DNA from: a virus | Lineage: Duplodnaviria > Caudoviricetes | DNA: 64,000 nucleotides | Strand: one strand, 5' to 3' | IMG/VR virus record: IMGVR_UViG_3300029288_000101 | Location: 45,728-109,727 of that record | Part shown: positions 31,052 to 40,673 of the stretch, piece by piece | How positions within the stretch are numbered: position 1 is the stretch's first letter | How the letters are laid out: each line of letters opens with the position of its first letter | Position numbers and translations under genes: made by a program | The notes under the pieces: generated by a model | What the model was told of the DNA's origin: nothing | The model's input: the letters and a program-made list of their open reading frames with translations, nothing else | The model's database searches: none

Positions 31052-31200
31052 CAACTAATAGGATTCTTCTTTTTAAAATTAGCTTACTCACCTGCTTTAT
31101 TTCAAATACACAGTTGCTTAATTATCCTAATTTCCCATCGTTATGTGACTTTGCTTATTGCGATAGGTCAAATATATTTCCTCATCACGATTATTAGTTG
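31052..31200 (-). ncRNA. candidate structured ncRNA or cis-element, unclassified
   Basis: 9-bp closing stem CAACTAATA/TATTAGTTG plus two internal multi-stem hairpins filling the recA-gp47 gap. Confidence 0.5.
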
Positions 31201-31201
31201 A

Positions 31202-32278
31202 TTATTCTAACTCTTTTTCTGATAGGACATCTTTATGTCTTTCACTTGTAATTTTCTGATGTAGTATTGATAAAAATTTATTCTTATCCTTATACAACTT
31301 AAAGAATGTTCTTGGTGAGTTCCATGACATTTTTAAAAAAGAATATTTTGTTGCACTTTCCTTCTTTATTATTCCTTTTTCAACACCGTATTCAATATCC
31401 TCACTACTTAAAACTATACCTTCACCTAATAATATAGTGAATTCAGTCTTTTTACGACTACCAAAATCATTCTTCTCTACTTTTATAATACCAGTTTGAG
31501 CAACCTCAACATCATCAAGTCTAATCCATTCTTTAAATATTGTTCTTATTCGAGCGTATGGGATATACTCAATCCAACCTCCTCCAGTACTATTATAACC
31601 ACCAGTGTTAAAATCAGCAATTAAGTGATTCAAACAAATAAAAATAATATCTTTTTCATATAATTGAGCTAAAATTGATTTTACACTAGATTTGGCTGAT
31701 TTTGCAAAATCAGCCATCTTAACATGTTTGAATTCAGTTGCAGTACCTTTTTCTGCATTCTTTCTGGAAATTGCCACATTTTCTTTAAAGGTGGAAAGTT
31801 CGCCTCTGGCGAGGGTTGACCCAATCGAATCCCAGAATGCATATATTTTAGGTTTTCCAGGAAGTTTCTCTTCTTTCCAAATAGCTTCTGTCTCATCAAT
31901 TAATATTTGAAATCTAAAAAATAAATCATCAACAAACTTACTTTTTATAATAATTACATTCTCAGTATTTACTCCAATTTTTTCTGCATATAATTTATTA
32001 TCCCTATTCTCGCTTGATAATATCACACAAAGACCATCAGGATATTTTTTCTGAAAATTCTTCATTATTTGCAAAGCAAGAGTGGTTTTCCCTGACCGTG
32101 ATTTTCCTGCTATTTCAATTATACCAGGACAAAAACCTAAAGTTCCCATATTATAATCAAAACATGGTACTCCTGAAGGAATCCACACATTTTTTTCAGA
32201 AAACATATTCTTCTCACTAAATTTAAAGGTATCTCCACCTTTTTCCATCCTTCTAATCACTTTATCTACTATTCCCAT
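31202..32278 (-). CDS. recA: RecA/UvsX recombinase
   Basis: IPSG...D, EIAGKSRSGKTT, WDSIG, CLNH, STGG, KN. Confidence 0.88.
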   Translation of the reverse strand: MGIVDKVIRRMEKGGDTFKFSEKNMFSEKNVWIPSGVPCFDYNMGTLGFCPGIIEIAGKSRSGKTTLALQIMKNFQKKYPDGLCVILSSENRDNKLYAEKIGVNTENVIIIKSKFVDDLFFRFQILIDETEAIWKEEKLPGKPKIYAFWDSIGSTLARGELSTFKENVAISRKNAEKGTATEFKHVKMADFAKSAKSSVKSILAQLYEKDIIFICLNHLIADFNTGGYNSTGGGWIEYIPYARIRTIFKEWIRLDDVEVAQTGIIKVEKNDFGSRKKTEFTILLGEGIVLSSEDIEYGVEKGIIKKESATKYSFLKMSWNSPRTFFKLYKDKNKFLSILHQKITSERHKDVLSEKELE

Positions 32279-32320
32279 ATGTTTATTGTTTTAATTACTA
32301 ATATAAATCTTCACTTTTAT

Positions 32321-32391
32321 TTGCAGAGTAACCAGGATTCGAACCTGAATGGTTTTAACCATTAAGAATACCAATTATCTCTTATTACTCT
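32321..32391 (-). ncRNA. tRNA-like RNA (pseudo-tRNA) with aberrant anticodon arm
   Basis: AGAGTAA/TTACTCT acceptor, D arm with GG, canonical GGTTCGAATCC T arm; anticodon arm ATGG-TTAAAA-CCAT and no variable loop. Confidence 0.65.
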
Positions 32392-32485
32392 AACCAACCC
32401 CTTAAACAAAACTTTTATAAAATAGAGAATACACTCTTCAGATTATAAAATATTTAAGGCTGGGATTTGCTTCTTCCCATATCTA

Positions 32486-33757
32486 TTAATCGTCGTCATC
32501 GTCTAAGACAATCTTTTTCTTCTTTTTCTTAGGAGTTTCGTCCTCATCCTCTTCGTCATCTTCTTCATCGTCATCATCGTCCTTATTTGTTTTATTGAGA
32601 CGATTTTTAATATCAGAGAGAGTCATTTTCTTTTCTCCTGTTTTCTTTTTCTTTGGTGTATCATCCTCATCATCGCCTTCAATTACCTTTTTCTTAGGAA
32701 TCTCATCGTCGTCATCGTCATCGTCGTCTTCTACTATGACTTTTTTCTTTTTCTTAGGCACTTCATCCTCGTCATCATCGTCAAGCACAATTTTTTTATG
32801 TTTCTTTTCTGGCTTTTCATCTTCATCATCCTCATCATCGTCAATCACCACTTTTTTCTTTTTCTTTGGTGTATCATCCTCGTCATCGTCGTCATCAATT
32901 CTTTTCTTCTTTAAATCGGCTGATGTTGTAGATTTTTTAGAATATTGTTTGCGAACTTTTTCTTTAATTTCTTCAAATTCTTCCGACTCAAAAACATCCA
33001 TATCATTTTCCTCATCAAAGAATTTTAATCCTTCCAAAGCTAATTCAAAATTTTGAAGATTATAATTGTTGCGATAAATTTCTGTTAACGATTTAATAGA
33101 ATCAAAATCTTCCAATTCTTCTTCTGTAAGGGCGGTAGGCTTTTTTGCTAATGTTACTTCATATTTTGCTTTCTGACCTTTTTTCTTTGGAGTATAAGTA
33201 ATAATAATTGCACGACCCTCATCAGGGTCAGTAAAAGGATCTATTTCAATAGGGTCGTCAGCGTCTTCTACAGTTGCCTCTTTATTCATACCATCTCTAA
33301 CCATTTTCTTTATTTCAAGAAAACCAAATTCAGATGATTCTTTTTCAACCTTCTTTGCATACATAATCCAAGAAGTAGATGGCAAAAGTCCTTGATTCCA
33401 ACTAACTAATTTGCTTAATTTTTCAGCAGCATCTTCATCATCAGAATCAGCATACTTTGCCTTACACGACTTGACATACTCTTCTATGATGTCAAATTTC
33501 GTTCCTCCATGAACTCTACTATTAGGAACAGTTTTACGTTTTTCTTCACCTTCTTCATCTTCTACTGTTATCCAATGCACAACTCTTGTTTGATAATATT
33601 GTTCCTCACCAGGATGTTTAGGAAAAATCCTAAACTTATTCGCTCCTGGCTCAATACTTAAAAAATCAGACCTGGAGGATAGACTCGCATCCTCTTCCTT
33701 GATTTTGTTCTTTAAGACAGCAACTTTAGTTGCTGAATATTTTTCTCTTAGTCCCAT
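32486..33757 (-). CDS. gp32-like single-stranded DNA-binding protein with long D/E- and K-block tail
   Basis: G.NKFRIFP, DPF.DPDEG..I.ITY, acidic C-terminus; lies between UvsY-like and recA genes. Confidence 0.7.
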   Translation of the reverse strand: MGLREKYSATKVAVLKNKIKEEDASLSSRSDFLSIEPGANKFRIFPKHPGEEQYYQTRVVHWITVEDEEGEEKRKTVPNSRVHGGTKFDIIEEYVKSCKAKYADSDDEDAAEKLSKLVSWNQGLLPSTSWIMYAKKVEKESSEFGFLEIKKMVRDGMNKEATVEDADDPIEIDPFTDPDEGRAIIITYTPKKKGQKAKYEVTLAKKPTALTEEELEDFDSIKSLTEIYRNNYNLQNFELALEGLKFFDEENDMDVFESEEFEEIKEKVRKQYSKKSTTSADLKKKRIDDDDDEDDTPKKKKKVVIDDDEDDEDEKPEKKHKKIVLDDDDEDEVPKKKKKVIVEDDDDDDDDEIPKKKVIEGDDEDDTPKKKKTGEKKMTLSDIKNRLNKTNKDDDDDEEDDEEDEDETPKKKKKKIVLDDDDD

Positions 33758-33819
33758 AGTTTTGTCTTGTTTTAATTAATAAATCGGTTTATTTTATAGA
33801 TTAACTTTGTTTTAATTCC

Positions 33820-34347
33820 TTACTCTTTTAACGATTTCTTTCTTGAATTTATTTGCACTCCATTATAAATATTTCTAATAATTGTTGGATCTATATCACC
33901 TGGAGATATCGTTAATGCTAATTTACTGAGTAGATCAGATTTTGATTTTGCGCTCCAATAAATCGATGACACGTAATCACGTTCCTTCACAAATTTATTC
34001 AAGATTTTACTTTTTAAATAATATGTTTTATCTATTCGACGCAAATCATCTATTTTATCGTTCGTGATTTTCTGTTTAGAATCAATCAATTCATTTCTTA
34101 AACGCTCATTCAATTTGCTCCTATAAACTTTAAAATCTAAAGTTTTTTCTCTAACTGTATTTTCAGCTTCAGCTAATAAAATTCCAAGTCTATTAAGAAA
34201 CACTGAAAATGAGGATAGCTCTCCTAAAATTTGCGCATAATCTATCCTGAGTAGGGAATCAAGATCAATTTCTTCATCTTCATCCCACATATTAACCTTT
34301 ATGTTAATTTCTTTAATCCCATCATATTTAACTTTTAGCTTTTCCAT
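33820..34347 (-). CDS. UvsY-like recombination mediator
   Basis: Helical protein with K.T...ID...D..Y pattern; adjacent to SSB and recA. Confidence 0.55.
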   Translation of the reverse strand: MEKLKVKYDGIKEINIKVNMWDEDEEIDLDSLLRIDYAQILGELSSFSVFLNRLGILLAEAENTVREKTLDFKVYRSKLNERLRNELIDSKQKITNDKIDDLRRIDKTYYLKSKILNKFVKERDYVSSIYWSAKSKSDLLSKLALTISPGDIDPTIIRNIYNGVQINSRKKSLKE

Positions 34348-34376
34348 AAATTATTTTGTTTTTCTTAAATATTTTA

Positions 34377-34754
34377 CTAAACTTTTTTTCTTTTAAATGA
34401 AGTATCCTCCCCAGCTAAAATTGACTTTGATTTTTCTATTCCAATTCTTTCCCTAAGCACACATTCAAGTAAAATGCAATAATTTATTAAATCACCCAAC
34501 TTTTCGTCAATTAAAGATTCTGCTGGAACTTTTTCTTCTTCTATTCTATCTATAATGTCCATAGTAGAAATAAAGTGTTTTACAAGCTGTCCAAAAAGAA
34601 CTCTTTCAGGAATTACATTTAATATTCTAGCTCCTGCATGATAATGATGCAACCGATCTCCAGCAAAAGAATATTCATTTTGTTTTTTTGCAAGAATATC
34701 AATTATCTTCTCGCAACGAGCTTTAACAATTTCATTAAATTCTTGTTCTTTCAT
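34377..34754 (-). CDS. nucleotide-modification-associated domain 1 (Nmad1/DUF1599, MazG-like fold)
   Basis: L.KK..EY, KH, EKLGDLINY.ILL. Confidence 0.7.
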   Translation of the reverse strand: MKEQEFNEIVKARCEKIIDILAKKQNEYSFAGDRLHHYHAGARILNVIPERVLFGQLVKHFISTMDIIDRIEEEKVPAESLIDEKLGDLINYCILLECVLRERIGIEKSKSILAGEDTSFKRKKV

Positions 34755-34775
34755 AAATAGTTTTATAAATAATTT

Positions 34776-35045
34776 CTAAACTAAAGGATGTTCTCTAAAT
34801 TCAGATCCTGGTTTTTCTGTTTGGACTTCTTCTTTATTTATGCCAACACCTATAATTTCTATTCTGCCTTCATCAAACCATTCAGTCTCTGCACGTTTTG
34901 CTTTTTCACTGTCATATTTTTAGCCTGCAATACCATATGTATTACAACCGAATAAATGTTCGCATCTGCATACAATTATGCCTTCGTATCCAGTAATTTT
35001 ATCCTTTGCTTCTTTACCTAATTCATGTTTAAAAATTGTTTCCAT
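34776..35045 (-). pseudogene. conserved small phage protein with in-frame TAA (34920-34922)
   Basis: Translated by hand: METIFKHELGKEAKDKITGYEGI...YGIAG*KYD...WFDEGRI...; not in the ORF track. Confidence 0.7.
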
Positions 35046-35093
35046 AATTTTATTTATTTTAATTAATAATTTATTTTAATGTTTTCCCATCAT

Positions 35094-35750
35094 TTAATTT
35101 TTTAACAATTCTTCAATTAAACATATTAAACTTAATAATATTGAATCGTCCAAACGCAATCTTTCTTTATTATTTTCAAAATATTCAGAAGGACTTGACA
35201 ACCAACTAATAAATTTTTTCAAATATTCATCCAAACATTCAAGACTTCTACGATATTCTATTTCCACTCCCTTATTACCTAATCTTTTTTCTTTTGTTAA
35301 ATAAAAAACACAAGATAGCCAATCTCCTACTTTTACAATAAATTTGACTAATTCATTAGATTCTATAGTTGACTTTTTAAAATAATCATTTAACCCTTGT
35401 TTTAACTTCTCATTCATTCTAAATTTTGTATAATTATCTAATACAGTTCTAATTGACTCGCCATTATAAGAATTATATTTTACTGTATAATTAACATCAA
35501 AATCAAAAATTTCACAAACATCATGAAGTAAAGCATAATCCATTACCTCTAATAACAAAGATTTTTTATTAATACCTAATTCTTTTGCTAACAATCGGCT
35601 AAATAGAAGTACATTATAAGTATGTTCTCTAACGGATTCTCTATTAATTAATAACAAACCGTTGAAACGATACAAATTATCTAAAATAATTAAATCCTTA
35701 TCCTCTAAGAACTGTTGAAAGAAATTTCTTTTCTCGTTCACTTTTTTCAT
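35094..35750 (-). CDS. HD-domain 5'-deoxynucleotidase (YfbR-like)
   Basis: RF...ESVREH, ALLHD..E...D, VK.GD. Confidence 0.8.
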   Translation of the reverse strand: MKKVNEKRNFFQQFLEDKDLIILDNLYRFNGLLLINRESVREHTYNVLLFSRLLAKELGINKKSLLLEVMDYALLHDVCEIFDFDVNYTVKYNSYNGESIRTVLDNYTKFRMNEKLKQGLNDYFKKSTIESNELVKFIVKVGDWLSCVFYLTKEKRLGNKGVEIEYRRSLECLDEYLKKFISWLSSPSEYFENNKERLRLDDSILLSLICLIEELLKN

Positions 35751-36057
35751 ATTTATAATTTTTCCAGCGTTGATATGTCAAACATATTAATTTTGAAGAA
35801 AACTCTTTTGCATTATAACCAACTTGAAAATTTTTACTATTATATTTCTTAATATAAAATTCTTTTAATTTTTTTAGAGCTTCTTTTCTACAGCGACAAA
35901 GTATTTCTATTGTAAAATTATCATCACCAAAAATCCTTTGAGCATTTCTGAAATAACGATTATCTATAAATCCATAGCCTTTTTCGCTTATACTTTCTGC
36001 AATAAATACTTTGTTATTTATAATATTTGTTATTTTAAAAATCTTCATAAACACCAA
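35698..36057 (-). CDS. degenerate GIY-YIG endonuclease
   Basis: IFKITNIINNKVFI, G.DNF..EIL, E.YI..YNS...GYN; the conserved YIG is lost. Confidence 0.55.
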   Translation of the reverse strand: MVFMKIFKITNIINNKVFIAESISEKGYGFIDNRYFRNAQRIFGDDNFTIEILCRCRKEALKKLKEFYIKKYNSKNFQVGYNAKEFSSKLICLTYQRWKNYKYEKSEREKKFLSTVLRG

Positions 36058-36137
36058 CCTTTTACTTTCATAAGAAAACTTTGTTATTTTACTTATTATA
36101 ACACCACTAAATAACGTTGTTTATAAATTAGCAAAAA

Positions 36138-36413
36138 TTAAACTAATCCCAATCGTTCCATTTCTTTTATTGCAGCATAATGATTAAATGCTTTATGTCC
36201 ACATGTAAATTGAATGAATTTTTCTTCACCTATATAAATTGCTAAATGATGCTTATTAGGAGACAAAGGAAAAGATTCTACGTCTTTTTTATCATATAAT
36301 CTATAAACACCACTCGCAAAGTGGAGCATTTCACAATTTTCAAAATTTATAAACTGCTTTGCTCTGTCTGAAAATCCTACCTTGGCTATTTGAATTAGTT
36401 GTTCTTTTGTCAT
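36138..36413 (-). CDS. hypothetical protein
   Basis: 91-aa ORF. Confidence 0.6.
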   Translation of the reverse strand: MTKEQLIQIAKVGFSDRAKQFINFENCEMLHFASGVYRLYDKKDVESFPLSPNKHHLAIYIGEEKFIQFTCGHKAFNHYAAIKEMERLGLV

Positions 36414-36450
36414 AATTTTTAATTTATATACAATATTACCTATTCACTAT

Positions 36451-36861
36451 TCAAAAATCGTATCTATGCAATTCTTGTAATTCAGCCACCTTTTCATCCC
36501 AAATTTTTGCTGATTTCGTTTCGTAACAATCACTACATAAAAATTCAGCAAAGTAACCAAATGATTCTTGTTTTTTACTACTTGGTTTCCTTTACTTACA
36601 TAAAGCACACAGTATTGTAGCTTTATCTGCTTGTTCACACTCAACACAAATTCTTCTATCATCAACTAATATGTTACTTGAATAGACCAAGCTAGCAGCT
36701 TCCATTTGTGCTTTTTGGTTTATTTTTATATAATGAGGAAATATACTATTATCCTCAAGTTTACTTATCATAATTTTATCACAGCATTTACATCTTTCTG
36801 CCTCAATAAGCATTTCAACATATCTACCTTTTTCATGAATTTTTGGAGTATAATTTTCCAT
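36451..36861 (-). pseudogene. multi-CxxC zinc-finger protein with in-frame TAA (36592-36594)
   Basis: CALCK*RKPSS...FLCSDCYE continues in frame to TGA at 36451. Confidence 0.65.
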
Positions 36862-36898
36862 CACTTTTTGTTTTAAATTAGTAAAAATCAAAATATAT

Positions 36899-37114
36899 CT
36901 ACATAATTAATAACAAAGTGCCAACCTTATCATAATAGTCAATAAAATCAGATTTTATCTTGTTATCCCTTTTAATACGTTGTTGATATTTGTTTTCTAT
37001 TAAATTATATTGAATGATTATTTCTTCAAATAATTTTAATATAAGATTTTTAACGGACAGTTTCATTGTTGATTCCGATACACATTTAATTATTATATCA
37101 ATCTTTTTTTGCAT
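36899..37114 (-). CDS. hypothetical protein
   Basis: 71-aa ORF. Confidence 0.45.
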   Translation of the reverse strand: MQKKIDIIIKCVSESTMKLSVKNLILKLFEEIIIQYNLIENKYQQRIKRDNKIKSDFIDYYDKVGTLLLIM

Positions 37115-37341
37115 ATCTTTTATTCATTAATTTTCCTGATTTTCCAAATGTGTGTTTTCATCAATAATTCCTGCTTCCAATAAATGTTTATAAATTTTAT
37201 TTAATGTTTCTTTTGAATGTTGAGTAAATACATTTGGAAAACCATCCTCCGATACCGTAATTAAACAAATCGGTGTTTGTTTTTTTCAAGCATAATTTTG
37301 TCCAAAGATTTAATAATTCTTTATTTTCCATAGTTTTATTT

Positions 37342-37569
37342 TCAAGAGTTATAATTTATTTTATTTTCATACGCTATTTGTTCCTTAATAACAAACATAT
37401 TTTCTTTAATGTAATTTTTTACATCACCATAACATTTATTGTTTTCATACAACCACAACAAATAACTGGCTGGGATATTAGCCATTGTATCACCTTTATA
37501 TTTACCAAAAGGCATTATCGAATTATCATCCATAATAAATAAATTAAAATAAATTATTCCATAATCCAA
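37342..37569 (-). CDS. DUF3820-like small protein
   Basis: MPFGKYKG..M..IP..YL.W. Confidence 0.75.
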   Translation of the reverse strand: MDYGIIYFNLFIMDDNSIMPFGKYKGDTMANIPASYLLWLYENNKCYGDVKNYIKENMFVIKEQIAYENKINYNS

Positions 37570-37986
37570 CCCACATAAAAAGGAAAAACTGTATTATTAT
37601 TGATACAAATGAATAAAAAGCGTTATATTTACCTTTAGCTTCTCCATGTTTTGCACAATTTAATATAAACCCACCAAATAGTAGGCATAAAATAATAATC
37701 TTAGCTATTTTCATAATTTTATATTTAAGTTGTTAATTAATTCAATTTAAAATAAATTACTCCCCAATCCAAGCTAACCAGCTATTAACTATTGCATAAA
37801 ACTTTTTAATTATTAAGCAATTATCCATAAATAGCCATAACATACTACTAATGATAGTAATTAAAATAAACAATACTATTACCAATGGTACAGATAATAT
37901 TTTTAAAAGTCTTTTTGCTGTTGCTTTCATATTATATTATAAGTTTAAAATTTTTAACTACGGCAATAAAATAGTTAGGTGTAATA

Positions 37987-38202
37987 CTAAGACTCACCTC
38001 TAAGTTCTCTGCGTTCTAAAACTTCACTTTTTTCCGTATAACCATCAATAAGTGCTTCGCCTATTTTATCCCATGACACCCACAATTCAGTGCATGTTAT
38101 ATTACCTGTTTTTAATTTTGCTCTCTTGTTTAGATGAAGCATTATACCTTCTTTTGTTACATTACTATATCCAGTAATAATAATATCTTTAATTTCGCTC
38201 AT
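37987..38202 (-). CDS. hypothetical protein
   Basis: 71-aa ORF. Confidence 0.55.
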   Translation of the reverse strand: MSEIKDIIITGYSNVTKEGIMLHLNKRAKLKTGNITCTELWVSWDKIGEALIDGYTEKSEVLERRELRGES

Positions 38203-38218
38203 TTTAATTTATATTTAG

Positions 38219-38811
38219 TTAGTCATTTAATTCGTTCTTTGTATGTATCTCCGTCCAGCATTTCTGATTAATCCATGTTGTTAGCACTTTCCATTCTGGC
38301 ACAAATTTACCAACTTCTTTAAAAGCCTTGCGCCATTTTATTTGGTTTTGTAAAGCTGGTAGGAGTTTAGGTATTATCTCATTCCAATCCTTATTTTTAT
38401 TTGTAAAGTTTTCAAACTCTTCATTTAATCCTCTTTTAGTTCCAATATAACTAACTCTGAATTTTTCAAATTCTGCTTTTAAATTTTCATTAAGATTAAG
38501 ATTTTCATTAACATTTACATTATTATTAGCTTTTGTTTTGCTTATCTTTCGCTTCCGTTTCGCTTCCATTTCGCTTTCTTTTTACTCTTGTTTTGGTTGT
38601 TTGCCGTTAATATATCTTTGTCTATTTGCCTCTAATTGAGGCTTTATAAGAATAAATATTGTTTTAGAAATTCCGGTTAATTCAACTTCATTAAAATTTA
38701 AAGAGAACTCAAAAATTGCTTTAAAAACTTCATTTTGGTTTTGTTCTGGAAGCTCTTTTATTGCTTCATAAAAACTCCTGTAAAAAAAATAAAACTATCT
38801 CTATTTTCCAT
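38219..38811 (-). pseudogene. DUF6291 replication-initiator-like gene, disrupted
   Basis: MENRDSFIF/YRSFYEAIKEL...IKPQLEAN; frameshift in a T8 run (38782-38789) and in-frame TAA at 38582-38584; C-terminus F..F...Y...TWINQ.CW. Confidence 0.7.
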
Positions 38812-38816
38812 AAAAT

Positions 38817-38894
38817 AAAAAACCGGAAGGGTGCTGTTCAGGTAGCGGTACAAAGACACTCCCTTGCAGTTTAAAACTGCACACCCAAACCGGA
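38817..38894 (-). promoter_or_regulatory. GC-rich structured leader/attenuator upstream of the DUF6291 gene
   Basis: CCGG/CCGG, GGGTG/CACCC and TGCAGTT/AACTGCA stems followed by a T run just before the ATG. Confidence 0.55.
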
Positions 38895-38941
38895 ATATTT
38901 TTATTGAGATTAAACATTGTACTATTGTAATTTGAACATTG

Positions 38942-38949
38942 CAAATATA
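38942..38949 (-). promoter_or_regulatory. Bacteroidota-type -7 promoter element (TATATTTG)
   Basis: Exact TAnnTTTG match in an intergenic gap upstream of the leader. Confidence 0.5.
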
Positions 38950-39022
38950 AACAAATTTTCAATATAAAAAATAATTAGTGAACTTTTTTGTTAAAATTTT
39001 TTTTATAATAAAGGAATTTTCC

Positions 39023-39358
39023 TTAAACAAACTCGTGGTTTATATCTATATATTTTTTTATTTGTGTTGAATCTTGGTTGTTATCTACAATAGTTGCACA
39101 AGCTAAAACATCTAATTTTCTTAATGCTTTTTTTATTGCTGATAGTGATTTATATTCTTTAATTTCATGGTATTTAAAATTACTATCTTTAAATCGTGCA
39201 GAAAAACTATGTTTAATATTAGGATTGGAATTTTCTACTTGCTGACCTGCAAATTCAGCGAGAAGCATTACTACTTCTCGGTATGGTATATTTCTTTCAG
39301 AATTAGTCCATCCTCTTTCTTTTAAATATTCTATTACTATTTCAAAATCTATACTCAT
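39023..39358 (-). CDS. hypothetical protein
   Basis: 111-aa ORF. Confidence 0.55.
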   Translation of the reverse strand: MSIDFEIVIEYLKERGWTNSERNIPYREVVMLLAEFAGQQVENSNPNIKHSFSARFKDSNFKYHEIKEYKSLSAIKKALRKLDVLACATIVDNNQDSTQIKKYIDINHEFV

Positions 39359-39549
39359 ATTTTTATTAAGTTTTAATTTTCTGTTTTTATAATCATTTTA
39401 CTTTTGGTAATTCTTTAAAACATTTATCACATTGCCTAACTCCATATATGTAGCGTTTAGGTTTTTTGCAAGAGCAAACTGAACTATTAATGTATAATAA
39501 GCGTAATTTCGCCTGATCCTTATCAAATATTTCTAATGTTTTCATAAAA

Positions 39550-40014
39550 TTTTTTTAATCTTTTTTTAAAGTAGAGCAATATTGTTGTTTACGCAAAGCT
39601 AACATTAGTCATCCGAATAAACACAATGATATTCGATAGTTAATTTAGCTTCTCTTGTAAATTTAAGATCAACATACTTTCCTTCTCTAACAATCTTTAC
39701 TTTTTTACGCTTAAATTTCGCTTCAAGTTCTTTATTATCACTTATTATTTTAATGCGATAATCTTCTTTAAACTTGTTGTAATCGACTGGATAAAGTTCT
39801 TCCACATCAAGTGAAATTTCATCTCCGATTTTAAATGGATTTGAAGTTAAATCATACATTGATGTAATTTGAGTTTCTTCTTCGTTGTCTAAATAAAAAT
39901 GTATATTCATTTCGTTTAAGTTTATTTGATGTATATTTTATCTGGAAGTTTTTCGATTTCTGTTTTTATAAACTTTTTTTTAATCTTTTTTTAAAATAGA
40001 GCAATATGGTTGTT
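39550..40014. repeat. ~40-bp direct repeats (39550-39589, 39975-40014) flanking one gene
   Basis: TTTTTTAATCTTTTTTTAAA[G/A]TAGAGCAATAT[T/G]GTTGTT occurs twice. Confidence 0.8.
39605..39910 (-). CDS. hypothetical protein
   Basis: 101-aa ORF. Confidence 0.65.
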   Translation of the reverse strand: MNIHFYLDNEEETQITSMYDLTSNPFKIGDEISLDVEELYPVDYNKFKEDYRIKIISDNKELEAKFKRKKVKIVREGKYVDLKFTREAKLTIEYHCVYSDD

Positions 40015-40222
40015 ATAAACTATTAATTTCTTTAATATAATCGTCAACATTTATTTCATCTAAGAAATTACACTCATCAAATTTATCTGATAACCATTTG
40101 GAATAAGAAATTAACAGTTCACTTCGTTGCATAACAGCAAATATGGTTAATTTTTCAACAGCCGTATCGTTATCAAACCCCCCCCCATTCACCAGTATCT
40201 CTATTATAACAGTTACATTCAT
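40013..40222 (-). CDS. hypothetical protein
   Basis: 69-aa ORF. Confidence 0.45.
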   Translation of the reverse strand: MNVTVIIEILVNGGGFDNDTAVEKLTIFAVMQRSELLISYSKWLSDKFDECNFLDEINVDDYIKEINSL

Positions 40223-40304
40223 TTATTATTTTTTTTATTTCTTTTTTCATGTTTGTGTTATTTACGTTAAAACTAACCATATTTGCGAACCGTTATATGT
40301 AATT

Positions 40305-40673
40305 TTAATCCGAAATATTCCCGACAATTTCAAAGTCACCGATATGGTCTCCAAAAAAGAAATTACCATCGCATCTATGGCATGAAATACAAATGTATTT
40401 AGTCGTAATGTCTAATTGAGCAAACTCAAATCCGTTACAATTTTCACACCAGACGATACATATTCCATCGGCATCATAATCACCTTCAAAAACCTTTTTG
40501 CCATTTTTGTCTTTTTGATTAATAAACTGGCTTAATGATTTTGGCTCAATGCCAATCCATTTATTTTCGTCAATTTCCATAAAAATATCATCTCGTTTTC
40601 TTTTAATGGTCATACTTTCGACCCATTCACCAGTATTAATCGATTTTCCTTTAAATAATATTTCTCTTTTCAT
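40305..40673 (-). CDS. YopX-family protein
   Basis: REILFKGK...EWV, Q....KDKNGK..FEGD, EIVGNI. Confidence 0.8.
   Translation of the reverse strand: MKREILFKGKSINTGEWVESMTIKRKRDDIFMEIDENKWIGIEPKSLSQFINQKDKNGKKVFEGDYDADGICIVWCENCNGFEFAQLDITTKYICISCHRCDGNFFFGDHIGDFEIVGNISD

Noticed and set aside
31052-31200. c-di-GMP-I or cobalamin riboswitch, hammerhead ribozyme, or retron ncRNA
   Set aside because: Only fragmentary motif matches (GCAAAG, GCAACTG, TGATGA..GAAA) without the required architecture; no reverse transcriptase in the window
35094-35750. Z-genome (DatZ/PurZ) system
   Set aside because: An HD hydrolase is present, but there is no PurZ/PurA homologue in the window
36447-36665. 72-aa ORF as an independent gene
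   Set aside because: The region is better explained by in-frame continuation of the zinc-finger gene past the TAA at 36592
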